DNA of 62,896 bases, filler included, from Octopus bimaculoides (Eukaryota): assembly GCF_001194135.2 (NCBI RefSeq). It is 7 parts of 6 records of this genome, joined end to end, with 100 filler letters (N's around TTAATTAATTAA, not from the genome) between each part and the next. Parts side by side here need not be neighbours in the genome. Positions count along the whole stretch, not along the records: positions 50,641 to 62,896 come from NC_068987.1; 6 more parts are not named here. One strand, 5' to 3'. Below are positions 60,842 to 62,896 of the stretch, piece by piece (the first letter of the stretch is position 1; every line of letters begins with the position of its first letter). The notes beneath the pieces were generated by a model. It saw nothing but the letters and a program-made list of their open reading frames with translations. It was not told where the DNA came from and searched no databases. Both the position numbers and the translations under genes were made by a program.

Positions 60842-61519
60842 ATGTACATCTCCATATGCATATATATGTATATGCACATATATATATGTAGATATACACA
60901 TATATGTATATGTACATACATATAATCAATTAAGGAAACAAGATAGATTCGTTATTAATATTTATTCCCTACAACAATAGTTTCGTATGTGCGTGCGTGT
61001 GTTTGTGTGATTGTATGTGTGTGTGTGTGTGTGTATGTGTTAATATATGTATATTAACCCCTAATCGAACAAATGGTGTATAGATTTTCTTAATTAAGAA
61101 AAAGTAGGCAGTCAGTTTGGGGATAATTATTTATCTAACGCTTTCATCTCGTTTCAGAGATTCATCAAAAATGCATCTTTTTTGCAGAAGAATTGTCTTT
61201 TATATATATGTTCTCTGTTGTTTTGAATCTATATGTATGTCTATATACATACGAATGTGCACATATGTGTATCTATGTGCCTGGTGAAATATATATATAT
61301 TGTGTTGTCAGCTAAATTCCTTCGTTCTTGTTTTTACTTTTATTTATCTTTAATGGTTACCAATGTTATTGGAATTAATACAAAAAAATACTTTTATCGT
61401 AGCGTCTCAGGAGTTTTATTTTTGTAGTTCTAATCTGCCTCTACAAATTTTGTTCTTCATCTTTGAAATCTCAATAAATTTTGATTTGTTTTTCAAACAT
61501 GACGGTGGATTGCCAAGTA

Positions 61520-61576
61520 GGAGGGAAAAACTCTCTCCCCCTTCTCTCTCTCTCTCCCCTTCTCTCTCTCTCTACC

Positions 61577-61646
<70 letters not shown>
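61520..61646. repeat. (CT)n polypyrimidine tract followed by (TA)n
   Basis: Directly visible. Confidence 0.95.
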
Positions 61647-62421
61647 NNNNNNNNNNNNNNNNNNNNNNNNNNNNNNNNNNNNNNNNNNNNNNNNNNNNNN
61701 NNNNNNNNNNNNNNNNNNNNNNNNNNNNNNNNNNNNNNNNNNNNNNNNNNNNNNNNNNNNNNNNNNNNNNNNNNNNNNNNNNNNNNNNNNNNNNNNNNNN
61801 NNNNNNNNNNNNNNNNNNNNNNNNNNNNNNNNNNNNNNNNNNNNNNNNNNNNNNNNNNNNNNNNNNNNNNNNNNNNNNNNNNNNNNNNNNNNNNNNNNNN
61901 NNNNNNNNNNNNNNNNNNNNNNNNNNNNNNNNNNNNNNNNNNNNNNNNNNNNNNNNNNNNNNNNNNNNNNNNNNNNNNNNNNNNNNNNNNNNNNNNNNNN
62001 NNNNNNNNNNNNNNNNNNNNNNNNNNNNNNNNNNNNNNNNNNNNNNNNNNNNNNNNNNNNNNNNNNNNNNNNNNNNNNNNNNNNNNNNNNNNNNNNNNNN
62101 NNNNNNNNNNNNNNNNNNNNNNNNNNNNNNNNNNNNNNNNNNNNNNNNNNNNNNNNNNNNNNNNNNNNNNNNNNNNNNNNNNNNNNNNNNNNNNNNNNNN
62201 NNNNNNNNNNNNNNNNNNNNNNNNNNNNNNNNNNNNNNNNNNNNNNNNNNNNNNNNNNNNNNNNNNNNNNNNNNNNNNNNNNNNNNNNNNNNNNNNNNNN
62301 NNNNNNNNNNNNNNNNNNNNNNNNNNNNNNNNNNNNNNNNNNNNNNNNNNNNNNNNNNNNNNNNNNNNNNNNNNNNNNNNNNNNNNNNNNNNNNNNNNNN
62401 NNNNNNNNNNNNNNNNNNNNN

Positions 62422-62460
<39 letters not shown>

Positions 62461-62896
62461 CTGTATGTGTGTGTATGTCTACGTATCATATATGAGAAAT
62501 TCCTTCATATGCACATCATTACATCATACATCAGATATTATTTATCTCATACGTATGCGATAAACAATATGTTTTTCTCTCTTTCATTGAGACAGTCAGT
62601 TAATCAATAATATTTTTTTCTTCCTCTTTTTATTTCCTATTTCAATTTGTCAATCCGTTTCTAACACAAAACCACCTCTGAACCTGGATATTGGTAAAAA
62701 TGTTTTATTTATTAGACTCAAGTAGTGGAGGATTTTAAGTACTTACATAGAAAAATTATTAATTTAAAAATTTTGAAAATATGTCCTTATAATAGAAGTG
62801 CTACAAGAACAAGAGGTTATAGGCGTACACATATAATTACACACACACACACGCACACATATGCGTGTATTTATGTATATATATATATATATATAT

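Overview
AT-rich, microsatellite- and SINE-dense animal genomic DNA. The repeat families and (TA)n/(CA)n load suggest an octopus (coleoid cephalopod) draft assembly; this is inference, not verified. The window is not one contiguous locus. Six identical 100-bp artificial spacers (44 N + TTAATTAATTAA + 44 N, stops in all six frames) split it into seven segments: A 1-4285, B 4386-9189, C 9290-19221, D 19322-39605, E 39706-45083, F 45184-50540, G 50641-62896. Three partial spliced genes are supported by phase-consistent GT-AG exons: one exon of an alpha-carbonic anhydrase of the CA10/CA11 (CARP) type in A (+), nine visible internal exons of an SLC13 Na+/carboxylate cotransporter in C (-), and two exons of the corepressor CtBP in D (-). 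The rest is transposon relics (Gypsy pol, Tc1-like with DD36E spacing, mariners, L1/Tx1, RTE, R4/Dong, a non-autonomous Helitron), at least three SINE families, TTAA- and TA-flanked MITEs, mini/microsatellites and N gaps. Nearly all long ORFs in the supplied track are artefacts of N runs and dinucleotide repeats. I found no convincing novel multi-gene system. The best leads are a 91-bp tandem amplification of an SLC13 exon/5' splice-site junction, a microsatellite-encoded Thr/Pro-rich SLC13 exon, the DD36E Tc1 element, inverted SINEs around a symmetric CtBP exon, and R4/Dong fragments at a (TAA)n tract.
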